Source of the DNA: Candidatus Caldarchaeum subterraneum | GTDB taxonomy: Archaea > Thermoproteota > Nitrososphaeria_A > Caldarchaeales > Caldarchaeaceae | Direction: 5' to 3' | DNA length: 32,000 bases | NCBI GenBank assembly: GCA_000270325.1 | Contig: BA000048.1 | Location: 895,471 to 927,470, forward strand | In this document: piece after piece, positions 7,715-16,016 of the stretch | Layout of the letters: each line of letters opens with the position of its first letter | Numbering within the stretch: the first letter of the stretch is position 1 | The notes under the pieces: generated by a model | The model's database searches: none | What the model was told of the DNA's origin: nothing | The model's input: only the letters and a program-made list of their open reading frames with translations | Made by a program: the position numbers and the translations under genes

Positions 7715-9250
7715 TTAAAAACATACCGCGGCACTTGATGCATCTCTGTCCATCATCCCGTACTGGAGCGGGTTTTTGATGTTCTTGGGACATAATTTCC
7801 CTTTCTCGATGCAGAGGTTGTGGGCCTGCATCGTTGGGCAGCTCGGCGGCCTATATATCGTCCCGCTGCCACGCTTACCCGCTATATGCTCTACTTGGTA
7901 CCTGGCTATCTTCTCGTCGAAGTCTGCTCTGGCTCTGAAGATGTCAACAACCTGCTCCACCGTGTATCCCTTGTTTGTTAGGAACGCTGCTAGAGTGAAG
8001 CACTCGAAGTGGCTGGCGTCGCTTATTCTATTGGCTATCGCGTGTATACATGGTGGCCACTCATTTTTATTGGATGGGGTGGTTATGGTTTTTGCCTTGG
8101 CTGCGAGGATTTGATTTATCTCGTTTAGCTGGTTCAATATTTTTTCCGGAGGTTTAAGGTTTTTTGGTAATGCGCTGAAGTCGCTGAAGATGTTGTATGC
8201 CGCCTCTCTCGCCAATCTGCAGACCTCGGACCTAGTTAAGTGGACATACCCGCGTGACAGAGTCCTGTTAACCAGCTTCCACCTGGTGTTAGAAGTGAGT
8301 CTCTCTGCGAGTCTCAGATAATCGGTGAAGTGTATCATATAGTGGTCTCCCACGTTTTTCACGGTGATGTTTAGACTCTTCAACACATGCTCGAAAACCT
8401 GTAGAATCTCTATGTTGAGCTGTTTCTCGACTCTAACAGCCTCTGCTAGAGCCCATCTTTTACGTAGCCAGTCATTTGATAGATGGTGGACAATCATCTT
8501 AGCCACGGGATATGAAGCGAATTCTATGAATGGTTTCTCGAGTTTAGCCGTAACCTCGTACCGCTCTATAGCCTCTATAACTCTCTCCCCCGCTCTAGAC
8601 AGCACTTCTTCCTCGACCTCGGTAATGTCCAGCGCCTTCGCAAATTGTTTAGCCTCTTGGAGAAAAGGATAGGTAGCCAACAGTCTAAGGTTTATTTTCG
8701 GAGTCATAGTCTCCGCTGTAGACTGTTTCTCCGCTATCAGAGAATCTTGGGATGATGCCGGCGCTGTATCCGATTTCCTGGCCTCGGTAACAGTTTCTGT
8801 CGTCTCATTCTCTTCAACGGCTCTTGCTTCAAAGTGTTCCTCCAAGGCTTTGTAAAGCCTTCTAAGACCCTCGTCGGACAACTCCTCGACCTGTGTCAGT
8901 ATATGGTTGATGACGCTGTCCTCGAACTCCTTTTCCTCTACATGCCCCGGGTCTGACCACTTGTATTGTGGGTAGCTCCGCTTCAGCTCCTCGAGCATCT
9001 CTTCATAGGTGAGACGTGGGTCGTATATGGCCGCCCAGTCGACCTCCAAAGGGTCAGCGTCTGGATTGTTCTTAACGAAGGTGTTGATAAGCGACTGGAC
9101 CACGATATAGTTCGGGCTCTTTCCATGGAGGCTGCTCATCTCCCGGCAAATCTTCGCAACAAGCTCCTTCAAGGCATCACTCTCCAGCTCTCCAACAGTA
9201 TCGGTACATCGCTGAGGCCGACCGTCTCCATCACACGCTCCCTGAACCAC
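7715..9250 (-). CDS. priL: DNA primase large subunit PriL with Fe-S C-terminal domain and an unusual ~150-190-aa N-terminal extension
   Basis: The C-terminal signature is WPPCIHAI...FLTNKGYTVEQVVDIF...ARYQVEHIAGKRG...YRPPSCPTMQAHNLCIEKGKLCPKNIKNPLQY, with four Cys for the 4Fe-4S cluster. The N-terminal helical domain starts at LATYPFLQEAK. The start is uncertain: 9250 overlaps the upstream gene by 82 nt, ATG 9139 avoids the overlap, and an internal MTPKINL start would give a canonical ~330-aa PriL. Confidence 0.85.
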   Translation of the reverse strand: MVQGACDGDGRPQRCTDTVGELESDALKELVAKICREMSSLHGKSPNYIVVQSLINTFVKNNPDADPLEVDWAAIYDPRLTYEEMLEELKRSYPQYKWSDPGHVEEKEFEDSVINHILTQVEELSDEGLRRLYKALEEHFEARAVEENETTETVTEARKSDTAPASSQDSLIAEKQSTAETMTPKINLRLLATYPFLQEAKQFAKALDITEVEEEVLSRAGERVIEAIERYEVTAKLEKPFIEFASYPVAKMIVHHLSNDWLRKRWALAEAVRVEKQLNIEILQVFEHVLKSLNITVKNVGDHYMIHFTDYLRLAERLTSNTRWKLVNRTLSRGYVHLTRSEVCRLAREAAYNIFSDFSALPKNLKPPEKILNQLNEINQILAAKAKTITTPSNKNEWPPCIHAIANRISDASHFECFTLAAFLTNKGYTVEQVVDIFRARADFDEKIARYQVEHIAGKRGSGTIYRPPSCPTMQAHNLCIEKGKLCPKNIKNPLQYGMMDRDASSAAVCF

Positions 9251-9819
9251 CTAGGCAGAAACCTGACCAGCCGCCTGTAGCGGTCGTCACACATCAATAC
9301 GATGGCCCTGTCCTCTGGTCCTCTGACAGCTCTCCCCGCCGCCTGTATAGCTGCGTTAAGCGCGGGAAGAATGGTTCCATGCATCACCGCCTTCTCCTCG
9401 CTTCCAAGTATTCTCGCAAGCTCCTGTGTTGCCAGCCTGGTCCTTGAGGTGGGAGGGGTGAATGGAATACCCACCAACACCACCAGGTTGGCACTGAGAT
9501 CAAGCCCCTCGGAGAGCCTCGAGTTGAAAACACTGACCAAGACCCCGCCTTTGGCCAGAAACTTTCTGGAGACGTCTTCTACCTCCTCCTGATTCATCCC
9601 AGGATGCTCAACTATCAAGCCGGGCTCCGCCTCCACAGTTCCAACCACTTCTTGGAGTATCTCATAGCTGGGGAGGAAAAACAGCGTCCTCCCTCCAGAA
9701 GCTATCTGCCTAGCTACTTGAAGCAGCCAAGTGACGTCGCTAAGCATCTTGTCATCTCGTTTATCATATTTAGTGCTTATCCCTGCGACGATACAGGCCC
9801 TAAAGACTATTTTCTTCAA
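9169..9819 (-). CDS. xpd: XPD/Rad3-family helicase, C-terminal half (helicase domain 2)
   Basis: The sequence carries helicase motifs V/VI of the XPD/DinG family: LFFLPSYEILQEV...VFNSRLSEGLDL...VVLVGIPF...AIQAAGRAVRGPEDRAIVLMCDDRY. It starts only at a TTG inside the overlap with the N-terminal half. Confidence 0.8.
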   Translation of the reverse strand: MKKIVFRACIVAGISTKYDKRDDKMLSDVTWLLQVARQIASGGRTLFFLPSYEILQEVVGTVEAEPGLIVEHPGMNQEEVEDVSRKFLAKGGVLVSVFNSRLSEGLDLSANLVVLVGIPFTPPTSRTRLATQELARILGSEEKAVMHGTILPALNAAIQAAGRAVRGPEDRAIVLMCDDRYRRLVRFLPRWFRERVMETVGLSDVPILLESWRVMP

Positions 9820-10969
9820 AAGGCCATCCAGCCCTCAGTACATGGAGCTTTCTACCTACCAGTGATTCTAGGAGAGCCGGGTCATAGGTCGCTGATATAG
9901 TGACTGTTGCAGCCCAGCCTCCATAGAATGCTTCAACACTATCAAGGCCCCCGATAGCCTCTAGGTATCTTTTTGAGCCGCGTCTTGACAACAGTAGTTT
10001 GTCGCCTTTTATCGAGAGCTTGAAGTCAGCTAGGGCAAGTATATATGGTGAAGGAGACTTCCCCTCTTTTAGCTGAGTCTCTTGAACCTCTCTCCCAGCT
10101 TCTATCAACTCGCTCGCCGTGGGTAAGAGGTCGTCGACCAGCGCGTCGTCGCCGAGCCTGACGCCACAATACCATGCCAAGGCCTCTTCTATCCTCTTAG
10201 CCAAGTCGTTGAACCCGTATCTCCTAGCCTCATCCACAGCCTTCTCCAGCGTCGAGAGGCTTACCTCATCCAAGGTAAGTGAAATAGATTGATTGAGAAT
10301 ATGATGCCCCTCATCCACGACCAGTATAACGTCACGTCGCCCACAGGCCCATCGGCTCAGCAACAGCTCCATGAACCTGAGCTGCCTATGAGTCGCCACT
10401 ACAGCATCTCTTCCTAAAATGTTCCAGGCCAGCAGCTCGTAGGGACATGAACTTGAAGCAATACCCAGCTCCTTCGCCTCGTGTATGGAATAGATGTTGA
10501 CGTCGGAGAAACTGGCAGTCGCTGGATAGTGCTCGCATTTTCCCGCGATCCTAAGGGCGTAGCAGGCATTGTTGAACCTCTTCTGGTCAAGCCCTGAACA
10601 CAGCGGATTTATGCATAGCATCCGTCTGCCGAAAATCGGCGAGGCATCGATCTCTCGAGCAACCTTAGAAACCTGGGAAGCTGTCCGAACCAGCCAGAGA
10701 ACCCTGAGACCATTCTCCTCCGCGAAGCTCTTCACGGCGCACCAGACGGCGGCGGTTTTACCAGCACCGGTCGGAGCCTCTACCACGACATCTCTACACC
10801 CCGTCGACAACCGTTCGTAGACAATGTTCGCCATATCTCCTTGAAACCTCCGTAGAGAAGAGTATGGAAAATGGCGGCGAATGTTATCCACAATCTCCGC
10901 ACCAGGCTCCAGCTCATGTACTATCATTTCCATCAACTCTGCATCTATGCTCCTTGATCCTGTCCGCAT
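9800..10969 (-). CDS. xpd: XPD/Rad3-family helicase, N-terminal half (Walker A, Fe-S cluster domain, DEGH box, arch)
   Basis: Motifs present are FPYSSLRRFQ, VEAPTGAGKT, a Cys cluster (LCINPLC...NAC...GKCEHY...SSCPYE) and VVDEGHHI. The ORF ends ...GWPFEENSL, directly abutting the frame of the C-terminal half. A likely true start is M13/M15 (10933 or 10927), which removes the overlap with the upstream ATPase. Confidence 0.8.
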   Translation of the reverse strand: MRTGSRSIDAELMEMIVHELEPGAEIVDNIRRHFPYSSLRRFQGDMANIVYERLSTGCRDVVVEAPTGAGKTAAVWCAVKSFAEENGLRVLWLVRTASQVSKVAREIDASPIFGRRMLCINPLCSGLDQKRFNNACYALRIAGKCEHYPATASFSDVNIYSIHEAKELGIASSSCPYELLAWNILGRDAVVATHRQLRFMELLLSRWACGRRDVILVVDEGHHILNQSISLTLDEVSLSTLEKAVDEARRYGFNDLAKRIEEALAWYCGVRLGDDALVDDLLPTASELIEAGREVQETQLKEGKSPSPYILALADFKLSIKGDKLLLSRRGSKRYLEAIGGLDSVEAFYGGWAATVTISATYDPALLESLVGRKLHVLRAGWPFEENSL

Positions 10970-12398
10970 CCAGCAGAGGAACGGTGAAGCCGCAGCTTAT
11001 GCATCTCAGGCTGCTACATGACCCGCCAGACGACACCTCCTCAACCAGGTGGGGCCCTATCCTGAAAAAGGCACGACTCTCCTCCCCACCGGTTCCGCCG
11101 GAATCGGCTTGGGACCGGATAGTCTCTATCCCTGTATGCTTTTCTTTGTCGACACTCTCTTCGACATCCTCTGGGGCTGTAGAATCGATGGACACGGTCT
11201 CCCGCCGCGTTTCTTCAGCGATGTCTCCAATTTCCTCCGGCTTGCTTCGCCCCGCCGGTGTATAGCGTCTTGGAGGTTTTCTGAAGTGGAATTCACCGTT
11301 GTAGATTATAAGCTTGTTCATGCTCTCGACTTTCTTTACCTTGACGAGATGCTCATACAGCCTGGGCGGTAGTGTGTTTGTGCCAAAGGATATGACAGCG
11401 CCGACGTCGCTTTCTAGGTGTAGGGGCAGCTGGAACGGGTCTGGAGCTACTATTATACACCCCACTCCGAAAGCCCTGCACTCGTTGACCATTCTCTCGC
11501 CAATTGATACGTCATTGTTTTTACCTCTCCTAACAATGTTCTGAGCCTCCTCTATGACCACTATTGTGTGGAAGCTTCTCGCTCCACCGTGTACAGACTC
11601 TCTATAAACATTCCATAGAGCCAGCGTTGCATACATGGTTTTGAGCTCGGTGAGCGGGATGTCTGAGAGGTCTATGACAACGTCGCCAGATGGGATGAAG
11701 CCGGTCGGCTTATGTAGTGTTAGAACCCATAGCCTCCTAAGCAGCGCTGCCTGTATCTCCGCCTCAGCCTTGGATGCGGGGACCTTGTCCTTTATCAGTT
11801 TGAGCAATGCCTCGGCGTTGTCCAGCCCCTTCTCATAGAACTGTTGGAGAACATTGAGCATCACATATGCCTGCGGCTCAGATAGGTTGAAAGCCTCTCT
11901 AAGAGCCTCTGCGAGAACAAGTGGAGTCAACCTGTCTCCGAAGACCTTGAAGACATCGAATCCACGTATCCTCGGAACCCCATTCAAATCATACTCCCCT
12001 TTCCAATCGATGACGACGACCCTGACACCTCTCCTCCTCAAGAAGTCCAGGGCTTTTCTGACGAGGCTTGTCTTCCCCGACCCCGTTCTACCCACCACCA
12101 GGACATGTTTGTTAAAGTCATCTAGGCTAAGCAGATTCAGGAACCGGCGACTCCTTCTCATGACAAGAAATGGCAGCGGCGCTAAAGCCGCTGTCATCAT
12201 TAGAAGAGGTATGTGGAAAAGGTATCCTTCGGTGCCTAGTCTCGGTAGAAAGGGTTGAGACGCTGCCATAAGGGTTATCAGCCCGGCAACCGCCAAGGCA
12301 GCCCTGTAGAAACTCAACTTAGTTAACCTCCCTGCACTATGTCGAGGGGTCGGCGGCGGCGGTGGGCGCCTGTGAGGATTAGATGTATCCCAATGCAT
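10914..12398 (-). CDS. Membrane-anchored FtsK/HerA/VirD4(VirB4)-superfamily P-loop ATPase
   Basis: The N-terminus has two hydrophobic helices (AALAVAGLITLMAAS and LFHIPLLMMTAALAPLPFLV). Walker A is VVGRTGSGKTS, followed by VVVIDWKGEY, and Walker B is TIVVIEEAQNI. The tail is acidic and disordered, ending in a Cys cluster (CSSLRCISC...HRC). Confidence 0.8.
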   Translation of the reverse strand: MHWDTSNPHRRPPPPPTPRHSAGRLTKLSFYRAALAVAGLITLMAASQPFLPRLGTEGYLFHIPLLMMTAALAPLPFLVMRRSRRFLNLLSLDDFNKHVLVVGRTGSGKTSLVRKALDFLRRRGVRVVVIDWKGEYDLNGVPRIRGFDVFKVFGDRLTPLVLAEALREAFNLSEPQAYVMLNVLQQFYEKGLDNAEALLKLIKDKVPASKAEAEIQAALLRRLWVLTLHKPTGFIPSGDVVIDLSDIPLTELKTMYATLALWNVYRESVHGGARSFHTIVVIEEAQNIVRRGKNNDVSIGERMVNECRAFGVGCIIVAPDPFQLPLHLESDVGAVISFGTNTLPPRLYEHLVKVKKVESMNKLIIYNGEFHFRKPPRRYTPAGRSKPEEIGDIAEETRRETVSIDSTAPEDVEESVDKEKHTGIETIRSQADSGGTGGEESRAFFRIGPHLVEEVSSGGSCSSLRCISCGFTVPLLDADRIKEHRCRVDGNDST

Positions 12399-12642
12399 AG
12401 GGTATGACTAGATGTATCATTACCAGGCCTACTATCCCAGCGGATACCATTCGGTATCCTAGATACTCCTGCTTCAGCGCCACGAGCATCAATCCTAAAC
12501 CTATCATGCCTATGCTAATCACATGGATAACCGGGGTGGCTATTTGGAATATTTGGAGAATTATCTCCCTCACCAGGGCGGCAATCTGATTCCCAACGCC
12601 CCCCACCTGTCCGATAGCCAGTGCGAGAATATCGGGAAACAT
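12379..12642 (-). CDS. Small two-helix membrane protein (VirB2/TrbC/CedA1-like topology, speculative)
   Basis: This 87-aa ORF has two long hydrophobic helices separated by a short polar loop (IATPVIHVISIGMIGLGLMLVAL-KQEYLGYR-MVSAGIVGLVMIHLVIPYAL). It overlaps the start of the ATPase gene by 20 nt. Confidence 0.6.
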   Translation of the reverse strand: MFPDILALAIGQVGGVGNQIAALVREIILQIFQIATPVIHVISIGMIGLGLMLVALKQEYLGYRMVSAGIVGLVMIHLVIPYALGYI

Positions 12643-12862
12643 TCCAACCCTCAGAACTCTCTTTCCCTGTTTAACATTATGTAAACAAGTTACGTCTGCT
12701 GTTTCTACGATGTATCTTATTCAGGAAACCTTTAAGTATCCTAGTGTGAACTCTTTGAAACGAGCTAATGCTCGCTATGATATATCTCCTCTAGCCCAGG
12801 CCGTGGACAACCTCTGCCTAATTTTTTCTAACGGCTCTATCCACCTTTGTTCAGCCTGTCCC

Positions 12863-13639
12863 CTAGACCAGGTCAGCTATCTTCAGCTGCTCAGTGATCT
12901 TTTTCACATCCTTAAGCCAGTAAATCCTCACAGGGTCATTATAGTTCTCCAGCTCCTTGTTCGTGTATACATATATCAACGGCGCCATCAACTGGTCCGC
13001 TATCTCGCTGAAAGCTATACCAGCCGGCCTAGTGCCCGATGTACAGTCAATTATAGGGACATACTCTCTACACAGCTCATACACCTTAGGCTCCATGATG
13101 TTCACCATCGTCTCTATGTCGTTCATCTGCTCCACCGATACTAGTTTCCAGTCAATGATAGCATATCTTCTATACCTCTGTATGTCAAAGGCCCAATCAC
13201 TATAAGCCTCCTTGGTAGTGGCGATTACAATCCTCTCCAACCTAAACCCCTGCGCCTCCAACATGTTAACAGCTGTAACCGGCTCCGGCTCATCTATATC
13301 CAGCCTAAGCTTCCTACCCAGCAGCCCGACATAGACATACTTTACATCTGCTCCCACCACATAGCAGAGCGGGGTTTTGCTCTTAAGCGAAGCTACGCCG
13401 CCACCATAGTTAATGTAGCACAAGTCCCTCAACCTATAAAGTCTATTCGTTAAAGTAGAGCCGAGGCTCCGTTTTCCACCGACGGTGTCCAATAAATCGC
13501 TATGCCTAGCGACACCTCCGCGCCGGGCTATGCTGAGCAGGAGCAGCTTATCCGGCTTATAAAGAGAAGCCAGTCGAGAATAATTCTGTGCATGGACCTT
13601 AAGCTCATCTTCCACACACGCCATAAGCCCCTCCACCAT
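12863..13639 (-). CDS. N-terminal wHTH plus C-terminal CARF-like Rossmann domain protein (Csa3-like with reversed domain order)
   Basis: The N-terminus LLLLSIARRGGVARHSDLLDTVGG...LTNRLYRLRDLCYI looks like a winged helix. The C-terminal half has RIVIATTKE (beta1) and VPIIDCTSGTRPAGIAFSEIA, which resembles the D.T.G.R/K motif of Csa3/DUF1887-type CARF domains. Confidence 0.55.
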   Translation of the reverse strand: MVEGLMACVEDELKVHAQNYSRLASLYKPDKLLLLSIARRGGVARHSDLLDTVGGKRSLGSTLTNRLYRLRDLCYINYGGGVASLKSKTPLCYVVGADVKYVYVGLLGRKLRLDIDEPEPVTAVNMLEAQGFRLERIVIATTKEAYSDWAFDIQRYRRYAIIDWKLVSVEQMNDIETMVNIMEPKVYELCREYVPIIDCTSGTRPAGIAFSEIADQLMAPLIYVYTNKELENYNDPVRIYWLKDVKKITEQLKIADLV

Positions 13640-13699
13640 TTATCACCCAATAATAGAAATCCCGTAATAAGATTTTTGTACAACATTCCTACACAGCCC

Positions 13700-14340
13700 A
13701 GCGAGACACCGTCTCACCCACTCTCAAATCGAAAGAATCTTTCAGACAAACGTTCGCAGGAGATTTCAACGCTAACAATTAAAACGTGGCAACATCGTTT
13801 TCCAACCCAAGAACACATAAAATGAAGCAGCTGGAAGCCCCGAAGAAAAAGCTAAACAGCAAACGGCAAACCCGATTAAAAATCCACAATCACCGCCTAA
13901 TTTCAGTCCACGGGATAAAAAGAATCAACACGGACGGGATGAGGCGGAGTAAGGTTCTCCAAGGCCACTAAAAAGCCCGACGCCACCTCCCCCCAAGAAC
14001 AGGGAAGAGAAACTACCATAGCTCGCGGCAGGCTACAAAAAGTAGCGAACGCCAATCATATGGATTATATGTGCAGCCCAATACAAAAGGAAACACCTAC
14101 GAAAATATTCCCCCAAATCTAGCCCAATGTATATAAACGCGGCGAGGCCGGACAAAAACAACATAAACACAAGTGGAAAACCGGAGGCAACGGTCCCCAG
14201 AAACAACCTAGCCAAAGACCTACAATCCCCCAGATCAATAGCGGAAATACAAGTAAGTCAAAAACAGCAAGACAATAAACAAGCCCATTCACTGAACCTG
14301 TTCAAATCATCCTTGAGAAACGAAGGATGGATGTTTCTCA
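13700..14340 (-). pseudogene. Decayed polytopic membrane-protein gene (multiple frameshifts)
   Basis: The + strand here is strongly A/C-rich. Minus-strand frames yield consecutive hydrophobic pieces in different frames: MRNIHPSFLKDDLNRFSEWA, LVYCLAVFDLLVFPLLIWGIVGLWLG, LFLGTVASGFPLVFMLFLSGLAAFIYIGL, GFLIGFAVCCLAFSSGLPAASFYVFLGW. No intact ORF exceeds 60 aa. Confidence 0.35.
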
Positions 14341-15024
14341 TGGATTGTTAATATCTCTTTATGTGGATTTGCTGGATGTGGCTGCTGTTTTTACGACAGT
14401 TTGTTGTGGGGGTAAGTTTATAGTATGTGGTGGTGTTCAGCGGGTTGTGAAGTGGGTTTTTCGTTTTGAGTATGTTGTGCCGAGGCAGGTTGAGGAGGTT
14501 TACGAGTTTTTCCGCAACGTCGGAACATGGGGAAGGTTTGGCCCACGGAGCTTGGGATGAGGCTTGTTTCACAGGATAAGGATGTCTACACGGTCTTGTT
14601 CCGTCTCCTCGGCCAACGTTACCAGACACCAGGGTAAGAAGGCAGGTGACAGCCTATGAGCGATAGATTACGTGACTATCTAGAGAGAGGGGATAAAACA
14701 ACTCGAGAGAGCTGTGGCTTTTGAAACAGCGCAAGTCACTTCTCTGCGACCGATAAGAGATGTGTTTCAACAACCTGTCATGGAGACAGTATCGTGCCGG
14801 CCGCTGAGAGCGGATCTCCGCCGACCAAACATCTTTAGACCCTGTCGAGAAAACATTGGCCAAAATCGGCGTGAAGATAGTCAAGTAGGTTTACGAGGTT
14901 AACTAAGGCTTAGACAAGCGTTTTCACAGGCATAGGGCAGCCCAAGTAAGCGAGCGGCGCGAGAAGCGGGTAGTGTCCGGATAATCCCTTAAAAATCTAA
15001 ACCTGGGAGAAAAGTCGTTAAGCC

Positions 15025-15032
15025 TTTAATAC
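15025..15032 (+). promoter_or_regulatory. TATA-like box for the 185-aa gene
   Basis: TTTAATAC lies 23-30 nt upstream of the ATG at 15055. Confidence 0.4.
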
Positions 15033-15054
15033 CATAATTAACAGGATACTACCG

Positions 15055-15612
15055 ATGCTAAAATTCAGAGTAAACCCAAAACATCGGGAGGATTTCACGA
15101 GGTACTTGTCCCTGTTTGAAGGGCCGCGTGAATACAGAGTCGTGGAGGACGATGAGGTTGACGAGGTTGAAGTGAATGGACTCAATGGCTTCGAAGCCGT
15201 CAACAACATGCTTCTCGACATAGCTAGGGAGAGGTGTTCATGCAAGCGGTGGAATAGGCTCCACGCCGGCTCATGCATAATCATATACCACTCGGACGAC
15301 ATAAGGGTCTATGCCGCAAGTCCTCTAAACGAATGCAGGGCAGGGCTCATCCACACTGTTGCTACGCTTCACACAGCGGCGGCGGGACTATGCACAGGCG
15401 TAGCCAAATTCTTCAACGACGATGTATTGGTGCTCTCGGACTCGGCAGAAGCGAATATAGTGGCCGAGAAGCTGAGGGCGATAGGTGTTAAGGCAACTGT
15501 ACTGCAATTCGAGCGCGAACGGGCTCATGAGCTTGACAAATGGTTCGGATTCCTCACCAGACACAACCTACCGTTGAGCAAAACACCTTTCACAAGTCCT
15601 CAAAGGATCTAA
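15055..15612 (+). CDS. Hypothetical protein (185 aa)
   Basis: The ORF has an ATG start and a well-placed TATA box. I recognise no motif in it. It is convergent with rad50. Confidence 0.6.
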   Translation: MLKFRVNPKHREDFTRYLSLFEGPREYRVVEDDEVDEVEVNGLNGFEAVNNMLLDIARERCSCKRWNRLHAGSCIIIYHSDDIRVYAASPLNECRAGLIHTVATLHTAAAGLCTGVAKFFNDDVLVLSDSAEANIVAEKLRAIGVKATVLQFERERAHELDKWFGFLTRHNLPLSKTPFTSPQRI

Positions 15613-16016
15613 CATTCAACATATCGAATGCATGGAGGGAAGCATTGAACATGTGGTGATAGTCCCAGAGACAACCCTGTTCAAAAATTGGGGAACACTC
15701 CTACATGCCGTGTCTCATGACGAAGCTCGAGCCACCAGCCTCTATACTTTCCTCTTCCAGAGGCTTAGAGACGCGGAGTTCCAGCACCTGCTTCTTTAAC
15801 CGAGCCATTCACCTATGAACTCCGCAGGCCCAGCAGGCGCTCCAAAATCGATTCCCTTCCCAGGGTTTACCAAGTGAACGGCTACTATATCATCCACTTG
15901 ACTGGTGGTATCTAGGCTGAGATGTAGTCGACGTATTTCGAGCTGAAGCCCATCAGGATCGATGTGGCCAAAACGTATAAGCCAGACGAAAATCACAGTC
16001 AAAATGCTCTAGGAGA

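Noticed and set aside
14340-14560. A G/T-rich patch with short matches to the 5' part of the IS at 22570-22630 (GGATGTGGCTGCTGT versus GGATGTGGTTGCTGT; AGGTTGAGGAG in both), plus the 77-aa ORF 14327-14560
   Set aside because: The matching blocks are in a different order, and both regions are low-complexity G/T-rich. No IS terminal repeat is present. The evidence does not support homology or a real gene.
15632-16002. Small ORFs between the 185-aa gene and rad50: a 55-aa + ORF (15632-15799, MEGSIEHVVIVPETTLF...) and a 68-aa TTG-start minus ORF (15796-16002)
   Set aside because: Neither has a recognisable motif or a well-placed promoter, and the alternative starts are weak. They remain possible small proteins but are not supportable from sequence alone.
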